Positions 11,231-23,904 of a stretch of DNA of 64,000 bases are shown here, piece after piece. The stretch is from NCBI RefSeq assembly GCF_963921235.1, contig NC_086107.1:104596001-104660000 (forward strand), given 5' to 3'. Each line of letters begins with the position of its first letter. The first letter of the stretch is position 1. This DNA comes from Mobula hypostoma (lineage: Eukaryota). The translations under genes were made by a program, and so were the position numbers. The notes under the pieces are model-generated. The model saw only the letters and a list, made by a program, of their open reading frames with translations, ran no database searches and was not told where the DNA came from.

Positions 11231-14140
11231 GTGCCGTGCCCAGTTTGAGCTTTGACTGCCATGGCCCACACACTCCTGTTTCGGGTCAAGTGGATCAATT
11301 CATTTGTATTCATTTCCAGTTCTCTGGCTGCTGTCCCCATCATCATTTGTCTTTGCCTTCCACTTGCTTTCTTCCCGTCAATCTTTCCCATAATTACTGT
11401 GCATTCTAACTCCTCTTTCCTAATTATATGTCCAATGGAGTTGCGTTGCCTTTTCATGATCTCATACATTATTTCTCTTTTTGTGTTTGCTCTGTTCATG
11501 ACATCCTCGTTAGATATTCGTTTCGTCCATGATATTCTTTGCATCCTCCTCAAAAACCACATCTCTGCTGCGTCAATTCGTTTCCTGATGTTACAAATAT
11601 TGTCCAACATTCTGAGCCATATAACATAACTGGATAAACATAACATTTCAGTACTCTGAGGCGGGTTGTCATGCCTAGTTTAGTATTGGTCAGTATACTC
11701 TTCATTCTCGTAAAGGTGTCTTTTGCCATCCCTATTCTTCTTTTGATGTCCAAGTCACACCTGCCATCTGATGTCACCCAGTTTCCTAAGTAGCAAAAGT
11801 TCTGTACTTGTTTTATGTCTTCCCTGTTTATTCTCAGCCTGCAGATAGGATTCTCCTTTTTGAATATCACCATGCATTCTGTCTTTTTGCAATTGATAGA
11901 TAGACTCATTTTTGCACTTTCTTCAACAATTATATCAATTAAGTTTGTAGTTCTTCCTCTGTACTTGCAATTAACACATTTTCATCTGCTTATCTGAAAT
12001 TATTGATGTTTTCACCGCCAACTTTGATTCCCAATATGTCTTTTTTTTGTAATATTGTCTCACTGTACACATTAAATAAATCAGAAGAGAAAACACACCC
12101 TTGTCTAACACCTCTCTTGATTTTCGTAAACTGACTCACTTCTCCATCTATTTTTACAGCGGCAGTTTGTTCCCAGTACAGATTTCTGATTAGGCGGAGG
12201 TCTTTCGAATCTAGATCTGGAGTTTCCTGTAATATTTCAAATAACATTGTGCTTCACTTTATCAAATGCTTTTGTGTAGTCGATAAAACAAACAAACAAA
12301 TCTTTTTGCACTTGAATAGCTCGTTCTGATAGTATCCTTAACATCAATATTGCATTTCTTGTACCTTTGTCTTTCACAAAACCACATTGTCTTACTTTTA
12401 GCTCTTGTCATCAAAATTCTTAGAAGTATCTTGGTGATATGACTCATTAAACTTATGGTCCTATGTAATTCACATTCTACTTCTCCAGCTTTCTTAGGAA
12501 GAGCGATAAATACTGATTTTTTTTCATCTCTTCTGGTATTATTCCAATCTCATAAATTTCGTTGATTAAATCAGTAAGTTTTTCAATTCCATAATCTTCA
12601 AGGGCGAAAATTTGTTCTATTACTAATTCATAGGACCTGCTGCCTTTCCTTTCTTCATCTTACTTATTGCATTATGAACTTCAGATTTTAAAATATTTGG
12701 ACCTTCAATGTTTTTCTTAATTTCTGGTTTTTCGCCTCGATCATCTTCAAACAGTTCCTGAATATACTCTGTCCATCTGTTCATAATCACATCTTTTTTC
12801 ATGATAATGGTACAGTCCTTTGCTTTCAAATATCCACCTGAAGAACAGAGGAGCTTTTTACCAGTGATATTCTTGATTTGTTGATGTAACCTTTTTGGAT
12901 CAGTAATAGGGATTCTTTCTATTTGCTCACATTCCTGGTTTAACCATTCTTCTTTGGCTTTTTGACATAGGCTTTTAACTTTTTTATCTAAGGACTTACA
13001 TTCTATAGGATTTACCTTCTTCCGTCTCCCTTCTTCCATTAGATTTTTGATTTCATCTGTCATCCATTTATTCTTTGTGCTTTTTTCTTTTTTAGGAATC
13101 ACTGACTTTGCTGATTCTACCAAGGCATCCTTTAGAGAGTTAAATTTCATTTCTACATGATTGCTATCATCTTCAACAGATTCTATTTCTAGACTTTGAA
13201 ATTTATTCCTTACTTCAATTGTAAATTTTTGTCTCAAGCTTACTTCTTTAATTAATTGCAAGTAGTCAAGGGATTGTTCAGGTTTTTGCAGTTTTTAAAG
13301 TTTTACTTTTACATGACATACTACTGGGTTATGGTCACTATTACAGTCTGCACGTGGATATGTTTTGCATTGAGTCACTGAGTTTCTAAATCTTTGGTTT
13401 ATAGTAATAAAGTCAATTTGATTTCTAGTGTTATCACCTGGACTTTTCCAGGTCCACAAGCGTCTTGGATGGTTTTTAAAGTAGGTATTCATAATGACCT
13501 GATTATTCATCTTGCACCATTCTACCCATTTCTCACCTCTTTCATTTCTTTCCCCAGTCCAAATTTTCCTATGGTATTTCCATCAGCACCTTGTCCTACT
13601 TTAGCATCTCCCATGGCAATAACAATATCTTGAGATTTGCATCCATTCTTTGCTTGTTCAAGCTCTTCATGGAATTTATCTATATCCTCATTTGTTCCAT
13701 CTGTTGTTGGTGCATATACCTGTATAATTGCTAAATCAAATGGTTGTCCTCTGAATCTAACAAGGAGCACTCTTTCTGATATTGCCCAATGTCCTAAAAC
13801 ACTTTTTGCCATGTTTTCATCCATAAGAATTCCTACTCCATTAGTATGGGATGTTCCACAAGAATAAACTAGTGTTTTATTTCTAATCTGACATGTTCCA
13901 GCACCTATCCAACGAACTTCGCTAATTCCCATGATGTTAATCTTCAGTCTTTCCATTTCATTTATCACATTGTCCAATCCTCCTGCTCGATATAGGGTTC
14001 TTACACTCCAAGTGGCAATAATTTTCTTTTGTGTTACCTGAATTTTATGAGCAGTAGCATGATGACAGTCGGGGATCCCCTGTTGGCCAGAATCAACCCT
14101 ACCGAGTGAAGCATCTTCAGAGCTGTCTTGAAGATCCTCC
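11231..14140 (-). mobile_element. RTE-clade (BovB-like) LINE, near full-length, with frameshifts
   Basis: Minus-strand ORF pieces in order: APE endonuclease (GISEVRW, IIQVYAPT, WTWKSPG...NQIDFI, SDHNPV), RT (GVRQGCVFS, FCYLG) and RTE C-terminus (YVYPVMLYGSECW, EMWFLRRMQRISW, GRQR). Confidence 0.88.
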
Positions 14141-14489
14141 TGACGCTTTCAGTACAGTGTTAGTTTCCACCATCTGCCTCTTGTCCTCGATGGTACTATC
14201 AGATCTGCTGGTGCACTCTGTTCCTTACACAGATAAAGAGGAAGCCCGCTTTAGCTACGCTGGCCTGATGTTCTGCCTAGCCTATCTTTGGCTCCTCCTG
14301 TCTCTTCCCATCTGTACCGGAATCAGTTCTATTTTCTCCTTCATTCCCAATTCTCTCCACTGGCTATGTGAGGACAGTTTATAACTGGCCTCTCCTACTT
14401 GGTTTTTGATGTCTGACTTCCAAGCCTGGCCCTTCAGAATCCTTGGCTTCTTGCAAATGTTCCTTTTGTTTTTCAGTTATCTCATCATC

Positions 14490-15330
14490 TGGGACATGTC
14501 CTCCTCTCAACACTGCCATCAGGGAGGAGGTACAAGAGCCTGAAGAGACACACTCAACGCTTAAGGAGTAGCTTCTTTCCCTCCACCATCAAATTTTTGA
14601 ATGGTCCATGGATACTACCTCGCTATTTTTGCACTATTTTACGTATTATATAGTTCTTACTTTTACTGTGTCCCCCTGGGCTGTGTGCTGAGCCCACTGC
14701 TGTACACTCTGCTCATACTTGACTGCATGGCCAAAACAGCCGAGTAATCACATTGTCAGGTTTGCTAATGACACGACAGTGGTGGGGCTCATCACCAACA
14801 ACGATGAGACGACCTACTGAGAGAAGGTGGAAGAGCTCGACACCTGGTGGCAGTCAAATAGCCTCTTCCTCAATGTCAACAAGACAAAGGAGATGGTTAT
14901 CGATTTAAGGAGAATGCACTACTCACACCCCTCTTTATGTCCTGGGCTCAGCATGTAAGTGCAACTACAAAGAAAGCATGGCAGCATCTCTACTTCCTTA
15001 GAAGTTTGCGAAGATTCGACGTGACACCTAATACTTTGAGAGTATATTGACTGTTTGCATTGCAGCCTTGTATTGAAACACCAATGCCCTTGAATGGAAA
15101 ATCCTACAAAAAGTAGTGAATACAGCCCAGAATATCATGGGTAAAACCCTCCCCACCATTGAGCACATCTACATGGAGAGCTGTTGCAAGAAAGCAACAA
15201 CCTTCATCGAGGACACCGCCCCCCCCACTACCCAGGCCATTCAGGAAGAAGGTACAAGAGCCTCAGGACTCACCCCACCAGGTTCAGAAACAGTTATTAC
15301 CCCTCAACCATCAGGTTCTTGTAACGGGAA
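14490..15330 (+). mobile_element. Rex1/Babar-type LINE fragments (RT core and 3' end)
   Basis: Degenerate GCVLSPLLY...FANDTTVVG...LNVNKTKEM and a 3' RFRNSYYPSTIR-like segment. Confidence 0.65.
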
Positions 15331-15589
15331 ATAATGTCACTTAATTTCACTCACCCCGTCACTGAACTGTTCCCACAACCAGTGGACTCACTTTCAAGGG
15401 CTTGTTGATATTTATTGTTTGTTTGTTTTTTTTTGCACATTGGTTATCGTCCATCCTGTTGGCTGTGTGGTCTTTCTTTGATTCTATTACGTTTCCTGAA
15501 TTTACTGAGTATGCCCGCAAGAAAACTCATTTCAGGGTGGTATATGGTGACATATATGTACTGTGATAATAAGTTTACTTTGAACACTG

Positions 15590-16070
15590 GAGGCACAGCA
15601 GTGGAAACTGAGCAGTTTCAAACTCCAGGGAGTGCTCATCTCACATAAGCTCTCATAGTCCCAGAACAAATCACACACAATTAAGCTAACTCACCAACTC
15701 CTCTACTTTCTGAGGAAGCTGGCTGGGCTGTGCACATCAATACTCATGACCTTCTAAAGGTGAACAGTAGAGCACTTCACAACAAGCTGCGTTACTGCAT
15801 GGTGCAGAAACTGCACTGTGGCAGATAGGAAGGGCAGTCAAAACTGCCCAACGCAACACTGGCATCAGTCTACCTGCCATCAAGGACATACACACAGAGA
15901 GGTGCTGGAAAAAGGCCAGTGACATCATGAAGGAGCCCACCCACCTTGCTCATGGACTGTTTGTCTCGCTCCCATCGGGGAGGAGGCTATGTAGCATCCT
16001 CGTAGGACGTAGCCAGGACCACTAGGCTCAAAATCAGCTACTTTCTCTGTGCTATAAAGCTGGATAACAC
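15590..16070 (+). mobile_element. Rex1/Babar-type LINE 3' fragment
   Basis: Similar to 1335-1800. Confidence 0.6.
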
Positions 16071-16733
16071 CTTCACCCACTAACCCACCCCTCCACATCC
16101 CCATCACCATACTTTAGCAGAGTTCCCTTATGTACCGACACTCCCGTTCCTAGCAAACCTTTATGTACATATAATCAATCTATGAATATAAGCTAACATA
16201 TATTTTCTTAAGTTATTTTCTTTATCTTAGTGTGTTTTTATATGCTGCATCAGAGCAACAATTATTTTGTTCTCTTTTACACTTATGTACTGGAAATGAA
16301 TCAGAATCAGGTTTATTATCACCGGCATGTGTCATGAAATTTGTTAATTTTGTGGCATATGCAATACATGATAATATTGAAAAAAAAAAGTAAATAGAGT
16401 ACAGTAAATATATATGTATATTAAATAAACTTAAATAGTGCAAAAGCAGAAATATATATTTATTTATTTATTCATTCATTTGTTCATTCTTTTTAAAATG
16501 AGATAGTGTCCAAGGGTTCCATGTCCATTCAGAAATTGGATGGCGGAGGGGAAGAAGCTGTTCCTGAATTGCTGAGTGTGTGCCTTCAGGCTTCTGTATC
16601 TAAACTTCCTGATGATAATAATGAGAAAAGGGCACGTCCTGGGTGACGGAATGATATGAAACAATCTTGAATCTTGTAGTAATTTTTATGTCTTCAGGTG
16701 TACTCTTGCCGCAAAACAACAAATTTCTATACA

Positions 16734-17050
16734 TACTACTACTACTACGTCGACTCAGGCCTAGGGGGCCGGCGTCGGGCACGATGACGGACTCTCCACT
16801 TTTCCCTCTCCCTCATCAGTGTGTTCAGTTCATCCATATTAGCCGCACCACTGTCTTCTAGGAGCGTGTTGACCATAGTCTTGGGAGGGCGCCCAGGGTT
16901 CATCCTCCCGTGCTTGGGCTCCCATATGATGACTAGGCTGGCAGGTAGCTCGGGGTGGCGTAGACAGTGCCCCGCTAGTCGCCTCGATTTTAGTGGAGAG
17001 CATCGGTAGGTTGTAATAGAGCTCGACATTCGTCGTGTGCTGTTGCCAAC
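16734..17050 (-). mobile_element. RTE-type LINE 3' fragment with (GTA)n tail
   Basis: RRLAGHCLRHPELPASLVIIWEPKHGRMNPGRP. The tac repeats at about 16735-16748 are its microsatellite tail. Confidence 0.65.
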
Positions 17051-17209
17051 TGGCGTCAAAAGCCATATATATGTCAGCAGTAATGAACCTGATTCTGATA
17101 ATCATTCTGTTTTCAGTCATGTTCCTCACAGCAGGACGATGCCGTTGCATTCTGTCTTTACCTGTGTCATTCCATTTCAGAGTTTCATGGTTCACCTTCT
17201 GCTTTGCAG

Positions 17210-17332
17210 TGGTTATCACCGGCTGAGAGATGATGCTGTGCCCACACTGTTCCAACCAAGTCCACGAGGAAAAGTGACATTGACCAGAACAAGTAGAGAG
17301 AAGGCAGCAGAACCAGTGGGTACCGGTGAATG
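17210..17332 (+). CDS. THAP7: THAP7-like protein, coding exon 3 (SGYHRLRDDAVPTLFQPSPRGKVTLTRTSREKAAEPVGTGE)
   Basis: Contains the AVPT(I/L)F box that closes THAP domains. Acceptor ctttgcag|T and donor TG|GTGAGT; 123 nt, frame consistent with exon 2. Confidence 0.88.
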
Positions 17333-17469
17333 GTGAGTGGCTACTGCTTTAACACTAGATTGTTGACCAGAAATCAGAGTCCTTTTCTTCCCTGCTGTCT
17401 CTCCTGGCTGACGAGCAGCAGCTAGAAGGTTGGTGTTGTCAGTATAGCGACTGCACAGTCTTTACTGTA

Positions 17470-18570
17470 CAACTAAATATATAAGTTCCCTGAAAGTGGG
17501 GTCGCAGGTGCAGAGTGGTGAAAAAGGCTTTTGGCACACGAGCATTGAGTATAGAGTTGGGATGTTACGCTGAGTTGTACAACACATTGGAGAGGCCACA
17601 TTTGGAACATTGTGTCCGGCTTTGGTCATTCTATCAGAGCAGGGGTTCCCAGTCTTTTTTATGCCATGGACACGCACCATTAACTAAGGGGTCCGTGCAC
17701 CCCAGCTTGGGAATCTCTGTGCTACAGGAAAGATGCCATTAAGCTGGAAAAACTGCAGAGGAAACTTGTGAGGATGTTGCCAGGACTCAAGTGACTGAGC
17801 TGTGGGAGAGATTGAGCAGATTGGGACTTTATTCATTGGAGCACAGGAAAATGAGGGATGATCTTGTAGAGGTGTATAGGTAGGGTGTATGAGGGTATAG
17901 GTAGGGTGTATGAGGGGCATAGGTAGGGTTCATGCATGCTCTTTCCCAGGGTCCTCCAAGAAGACAGCAACCTTGTCGTAGGGTTTGGAGGATTGAGTGC
18001 CTCGATGACCCAGAGGGCTACGTTCGTTCGCATCAGGGCCTTGTGCTTTGGCTCTTGGTAGGGTCACCCATGTCAAACAGGTCAAAGGGTAGAGGCCAGA
18101 CTAAGAATGGTCCACCAGTCCTCCAGGTTCGGGGGTTCAGCTCGGAGACTAACAACCCTGACTGGTCAAAAGAAAGATTGTTACGGAAACAGCAATGAAG
18201 AATCCTTCTGTACAGCCAGAGGTAGGCGAACTTCATCGCTGCCCTCAACGATAGCGGTGTAACGAACAGGTCAAAAAAAAATTCCCAAGGTGGGGAGAAC
18301 AAGAATGACAGTTTGTATGCTTAAGGTAAGATGGGAGAGATTTGATAGGAGCCTGAGGGGCAACATTTTCACCTAGATGGTGGTCAGTACGTGGAATCAG
18401 CTGCCAGAGGAAGTGGTTGAGGCAGGAACATTAACAAGTTGGACAGGTATGTGGATAGGAAAGGTTTAGAGAGATGTGAGCCTAATTTGGGCAAATGCAA
18501 TTAGCTGAGGTGGGAATCTTGGTCAGCATGGATCAGTGGGGCCGAAGGGCCTGTTTCTGTGCTGTATAAA
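17470..18570 (+). mobile_element. Decayed CR1 3' fragment, interrupted by a hAT-like MITE (about 17640-17720) and an RTE-derived element (about 17955-18270)
   Basis: LYNTLERPHLEHCV remnant, 'RGDLVEVY'-like segment and a CR1 3' UTR (gggccgaagggcctgtttctgtgctgta). Confidence 0.6.
17871..17930. repeat. Short tandem repeat, about 21-bp unit x3 (gtataggtagggtgtatgagg)
   Basis: Read directly from the sequence. Confidence 0.8.
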
Positions 18571-18837
18571 GATGACTGGATCAGTTCTGGTAGTACATGT
18601 GGTGTCTATTGTGAGCCAGCTGTTGAGTGGTTTGAGTAGAGATGTCACTTGAGGCAGAACTCGGGGTTTTCCCTGATAACGTTTTGGATGATTATCCATG
18701 AATTCTTGCCGTAAGAGAGCATCAGAGAAAGGGCATGGATGAGACGTGTCTGTGTGTCAGGAAGGCAGCAAGTTGGCACTGATATATCACCGTAAAGCTT
18801 CCCTTGTATTAAACCCCATCTCCTGTCTCTCTCCCAG

Positions 18838-19558
18838 CCTCGCTAACGAAGTTGCCTTAGCTGACGCGGATCTCGGGAATCCCAGTCCCGGCTTGGAGAC
18901 GAGCTTCTGCATTTCCCAGGATGCTCCTGCCTACGTTCTAGATTACTCTGTTCCTCAGGACACCGTGAATGGAAACGCCTGCTCGGACAAAGTGTTGCTA
19001 ACGGAGGTCCCGCTTTACTCAAGCCAGGCTGAGCTGGAGACCTCCGCACCCACGGTAATATACCTGGTGGATACGGAGGCAAAACCGGTGGAGTTCAGCA
19101 ACAGTGCAAGCACTGAGGAAGCCTCCAAGGACGTCTCATTGACTCAGCCCGATGCGTTGACTGAAGTGTCGGACAACTGCCAGGAGGAGCCGCCCAATGT
19201 CAGGACTCCCATTCCCATTGATTTGTATATGGCACGCATCCCCAGCGCGTCCCCGAACCCAGCGGCTCACGTTTCTGTCGAGCACAGTTACACCGTGGGC
19301 TGCCCGCTGGTCTGGAAGAAGAGAGCAGAGGCCCTGAAGGAGGCCTTTGAGAAGGTCAATAAGGATCTGCGTGCAAGCAGGAAGCGGGAGAGCCGCCTGA
19401 GGGCCCGCATCACCTCCATCCTGAGGGCACGGGGCCACCGGCTGCGGGACAAACAACTGAAGCTGGACCTGGCCGGCGATCTGCCTTCGCAGGTGGAAAT
19501 GTTTGAGGTCCAGGTAATGGACGAGGCTGTCGGCCTCTGCAGCCCGCTCACCAGCTGA
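18838..19558 (+). CDS. THAP7: THAP7-like protein, terminal coding exon (HCF-1-binding motif EHSY plus coiled coil)
   Basis: Polypyrimidine acceptor ctctctcccag|C. Encodes ...DLYMARIP...VEHSYTVGCPLVWKKRAEALKEAFEKVNKDLRASRKRESRLRARI, resembling the THAP7 C-terminus (EHSYQVGSALLWKRRAEAA, from memory). Spliced CDS is 80+156+123+721 = 1080 nt, 359 aa. Confidence 0.88.
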
Positions 19559-20199
19559 ACTGAGCTGAGCCTCCGGGACAGAGCCCAGAGCACGATGTGT
19601 GGAGAGCTGTCACACAAAGAGCAGAAGAGAGGTGGTGGGGAGAGATGGGAGAGGAAATATACTGCGGGTGCGTGTGTGTGAAAGGAATTTGGGGGGTGGT
19701 AGATGGGGACGTGGGGTATTCTGGTGGAGAGTGTTTGGTGGGAAACCAGGAAAGGTAGAATTGCAGGAAGGTTCTGTGAGGAAAGAGGATGGAGAGTGTT
19801 CCCTGAGGGGAGAGGCCTAGCAGAGGTTTTGTGGAGGAACTAATGCATGGTAAGGATCAGTTGCTGGGGGCGGGGTGGAGCTTGGTTGACGAAAGGGGAG
19901 GTGACAGGAGGTCTCTGCGAAAGGTGGGGGTTCTGGGTGAGGAGAGAAAAGTGCGAGTCCTGGCTGGTGAGATGGGCAGGAATGTTGGGGAAGAAGTGGG
20001 AAGGAGACAGAGAAAGGAGAGAGATGAGGGGATGGAAGAAGAGATGAAATGGTATGGTCGGAGGGGTTGAGAGGAAACTATGTAACAGCCATCGTCATTG
20101 TTCTGAGGCACCAAGCTGAACAGGAGGGCAGTTATTTACAAACAGTTGCTCATTTTTGCCTGGCGCGAGACAACTGTTGTATATGATGCTTCAGTTAAA

Positions 20200-20205
20200 A
20201 ATAAA
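20200..20205 (+). terminator. Candidate polyadenylation signal of the THAP7-like gene
   Basis: First AATAAA seen downstream of the stop (about 640 nt), with T-rich sequence further downstream. Confidence 0.5.
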
Positions 20206-21019
20206 GTAATCTGGAACATTACGATGGAGAACTTCAGTTCTACAAAGCTGCAGCACACTTCATCATTATGTGTTCTCATCTCCTGTTTTTTCGCGTTGGC
20301 TCTCGAAGTTGTAAACTTGGCTTTTACTTGATCTTGTGGAGGTCAGCAGCGTTTGGCTACAATGGCCATCATCGACTCTGCCGTCTCCTACCGCATGTAC
20401 CCCTGCAGGGATCTGATGGTGAGGCTTAGGATTTTCTTTCATCGTTCAGCCAGGGGGATATCATTTTCTGTAACCAAATCAGATCAAAGTTCTCAGTAAA
20501 TTTATTATCAAAGTACACCATACACAACCCTGAGATTAATTTTCTTGCAGCCATACTCAAGAAATCCGTAATAGAATCAATGAAAGACCGCACCAACTTT
20601 AGCATTCAGTGTGCAAAAGACAACAAACTGCAAATACAAAAAGAAAGAAATAATTTTAAAAAAATAAATAAGCAATAAATATCGGGAACATGAGATGAAG
20701 AGTCCGTGAAAGTAAGTCCGTAGGCTATGGGCACATTTCAATGATGGGGCAAGTGAGGTTGAGTGAAGTTATCCCCTTTGGTTATAAACGTGAATTTTTG
20801 CAATGCAGCCTGCTGAAACAGCCTGGTTTAAAATAATGCTGGTGACCCTCCTTCATATGGTGTTACGTGCATCAGTGCTGGGAGATCGACTGTCCTGGCA
20901 TGTTTTGGCTCCACAGCCCCACTCTAATCTACCAAGGTTGTGTGAGAATCTAGAGATTGTACAGCAATCAAAATAAGTCACCATGATTAAAATACCACAT
21001 CCTACAACTGACCTTGTGT

Positions 21020-21510
21020 TAAGGGATTCCGCAGGTGCTGGAAATCCAAAACAACACACACACGACGCTGGAGGAACTGAGCAGGTCAGGCAGCATCTAT
21101 AGAAATGACTAAACAGTCGATATTTCAGGACGAGACCCTGCATCAGGAATGGAAAGGAAGAAGGTAGGAGGAGGAGGGAGTACCAAATAAAAGGAGGTGG
21201 GTGGGGAGGGATAGTGAAGTAAGAAGCAGGGGGTTGGTGGGTGAAAAAGGTAAAGGACTGGAGCAGAAGGAATCTGATAGGAGGGGAATGGACCATGGGA
21301 GAAAGGGGAGGAGGAGGGGAGATGAAAGGCAGGTGAGGAGTGGAGAAGAGGTAAGAGGTGGGCCAGGGAGGGGAATGGAACACGAGGGAAGGGTCGGTTG
21401 GAGGGGGAGAAATTGCCGGAAGAAGTTGATGTTCATGCCATCAGTTTGGAGGCTACCCAGGCGGTAAATGGGGCGTTGCTGCTCCAACCCAAGAGCTGCC
21501 TATCATTGGT
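21020..21510 (-). mobile_element. Penelope-like element 3' fragment
   Basis: LEQQRPIYRLGSLQTDGMNINF; degenerate hammerhead near 21114-21150. Confidence 0.75.
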
Positions 21511-21920
21511 GTATGTTTACTTACAACATTGAGTTACTTCTGGGATGAATACTTTGATACATTCCCCAAGCAGTAAAGCGGATTAATAACGTACACAACC
21601 CCAAGCACCACGACTTTATGATTTCCTGTGTCACCTTTATGTACAGACACTCCTGTGCCTAACATCACTTTATGAGCATGCAATCAATCTATGTATATAA
21701 GCTATCTTATGTGTTTATATTTATAGTGTATTTTTATTATTATTTATGTTCCTTGTGCCTTTTTTACTCTGCATTGGATCATAGTCATAGTCATACTTTA
21801 CCGATCCCGGGGAAAATTGGTTTTCGTTACAGTTGCACCATAAATAATAAATAGTAATAAATAGTTAAATAGTAATATGTAAATTATGTCAGTAAATTAT
21901 GAAATAAGTCCAGGACCAGC

Positions 21921-22345
21921 CTATTGGCTCAGGGTGTCTGACCCTCCAAGGGAGGAGTTGTAAAGTTTGATGGCCACAGGCAGGAATGACTTCCTATGAC
22001 GCTCTGTGTTGCATCTCGGAGGAATGAGTCTCTGGCTGAATGTACTCCTGTGCCCACCCAGTACATTATGTAGTGGATGGGAGATATTGACCAAGATGGC
22101 ATGCAACTTGGACAGCATCCTCTTTTCAGACACCACCGTCAGAGAGTCCAGTTCCATCCCCACAACATCACTGGCCTTACGGATGAGTTTGTTGATTCTG
22201 TTGGTGTCTGCTACCCTCAGCCCGCTGCCCCAGGACACAACAGCAAACATGATCGCACTGGCCACCACAGACTCGTAAAACATCCTCAGCATCGTCCGGC
22301 AGATGTTAAAGGACTTCAGTCTCCTCAGGAAATAGAGACGGCTCT
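21921..22345 (-). mobile_element. Rex1/Babar-type LINE 3' fragment, second subfamily
   Basis: MLRMFYESVVASAIMFAVVSWG...PRCNTERHRKSFLPVAIKLYN. Confidence 0.75.
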
Positions 22346-23904
22346 GACCAGAGTAACAATGATTTCATTCTCCTTTACACTTGTGCACAGGAAATAATAT
22401 TAAGCAACCTTGAATTGTGATAATAGGGGATTTTAGGCCAGATGACCAAAGGCAAGGAAGAATCAAGGAGTATCTTAAAGATGGGGGGTTGGGGGTGCAG
22501 AGTGGTGAGGTGTGTAGATTCAGGACTGGGGAGGAGTCGGGCAGAACTGGTGTGTATGGAGAGTAAGGGAGATGTAGATATTGGAAAAGAATTTCCAAAT
22601 TTAGAACTCTGTCTGGCAGGTGAGGTTTTGGCCGCTTACAATTTCACAATGAAAGTCCAGTTTACAGTGCATACTTTTTTTTTCCTGATTCCACTGCCTG
22701 ATATAATTGAGGAGATGTGGTGGAGGTGGGGGAGGAATCCATCTTCTTCACTTTGTGCAGTTTTCATCTGCACTGTCCTAGTGTTGGTGATGCCCAGCTG
22801 GTGGCCTGCTCCAGCTGCAGTGATGCCTGGCTCCTCGCCTGTGCTCTTGACATTTACTCGGCTCTGTGCTGAACTGAGGCTGCGGCAGCTCCAGCTCCAG
22901 CTGCAGTGATGCCTGACTTCATGTCTTTCGTGAAACTTCAACTCTGAATTCCAATTGCTTACTTTTATTGTTTGCATGATTTGCCTTTTTTCTCTCTGTG
23001 CATTGGGTGTCTGATGGTCTTTTTTAATGGGCTCTTTTGAGGTTTCTTTGTTTCATGTTTCTTAGTTTTGTTGTATAATGTATCAGGAACTTTGATGCAG
23101 TATCTCAAATATGATGAAGAGTACACACACGTTGAGCTGTGCCAATGTTAACAAGGACAGGAAAGCTACAAAGGAAGGGTAATCAATTGGAATGTTACGC
23201 TTCTTTCATGATTGTTCATCAGGTCCATGAAAACATTGATCGATTGAAGGAAAAAAAACTTGGAATGTAGTGATTAAAACGAGAACAATAACTGCAAAAA
23301 TCAGGAAAAGGATTGGGGGAATATTGGATTTGTAATTGAAAGGAGAATTAAATTGCAGAGGTACTATAGAAAAGCTGAAGAATTGGATGAATAACTCAAA
23401 GGGATGGCCTAGCCACAGTGTGCTGAATTGCCTCTGGGCATGTAAGATGCTGTGATTTAAGAATGTGCAGTGAAAACCATAGGCTTGGTTGAAAGGAACA
23501 GGGAACCGGAGGGTGGGAGGTCTGGTCAGTGGAGCGGAAATGGCCAAGGCTGAGGAACCAGCAATGAGATCTATGCTGCTGACCTCAACAGCTCTAAAAA
23601 TCCAGAGCAGACTCAAGAAGACCCGGTCTCCATCACCAACAGTGCCGGCTCCAACGACCTTGGACACCTCCAAAGTGCCAATTGCACAACCTCCAGCACC
23701 TGCAGGTTTTCTCTTGTTGGTAACGGGGAAATTGTTGGCTGTGAACCAAAAGGTGGAGGTGGTGGAATGCAGAACAAGGAGAGAAATTGATAGATTGTAC
23801 AAACCCCATTTCCAGAAAAGTTGGGATATTTTCCAAAATGCGATAAAAACAAAAATCTATGATATGTTAATTCAAATGAACCTTTATTTAAAGAAAAGAT
23901 TTTC

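Noticed and set aside
17871..17930. Short direct repeats as a CRISPR-like array
   Set aside because: Head-to-tail tandem repeats without spacers in eukaryotic DNA; no cas genes.
18746..18837. N-terminal extension of the 270-aa ORF
   Set aside because: Intronic: the ORF starts at GTG, and a strong splice acceptor at 18837 joins in frame to exon 3.
6061..19558. THAP gene as a P-element/THAP9 transposase
   Set aside because: No transposase catalytic domain or TIRs; the architecture is that of a host THAP7-type factor.
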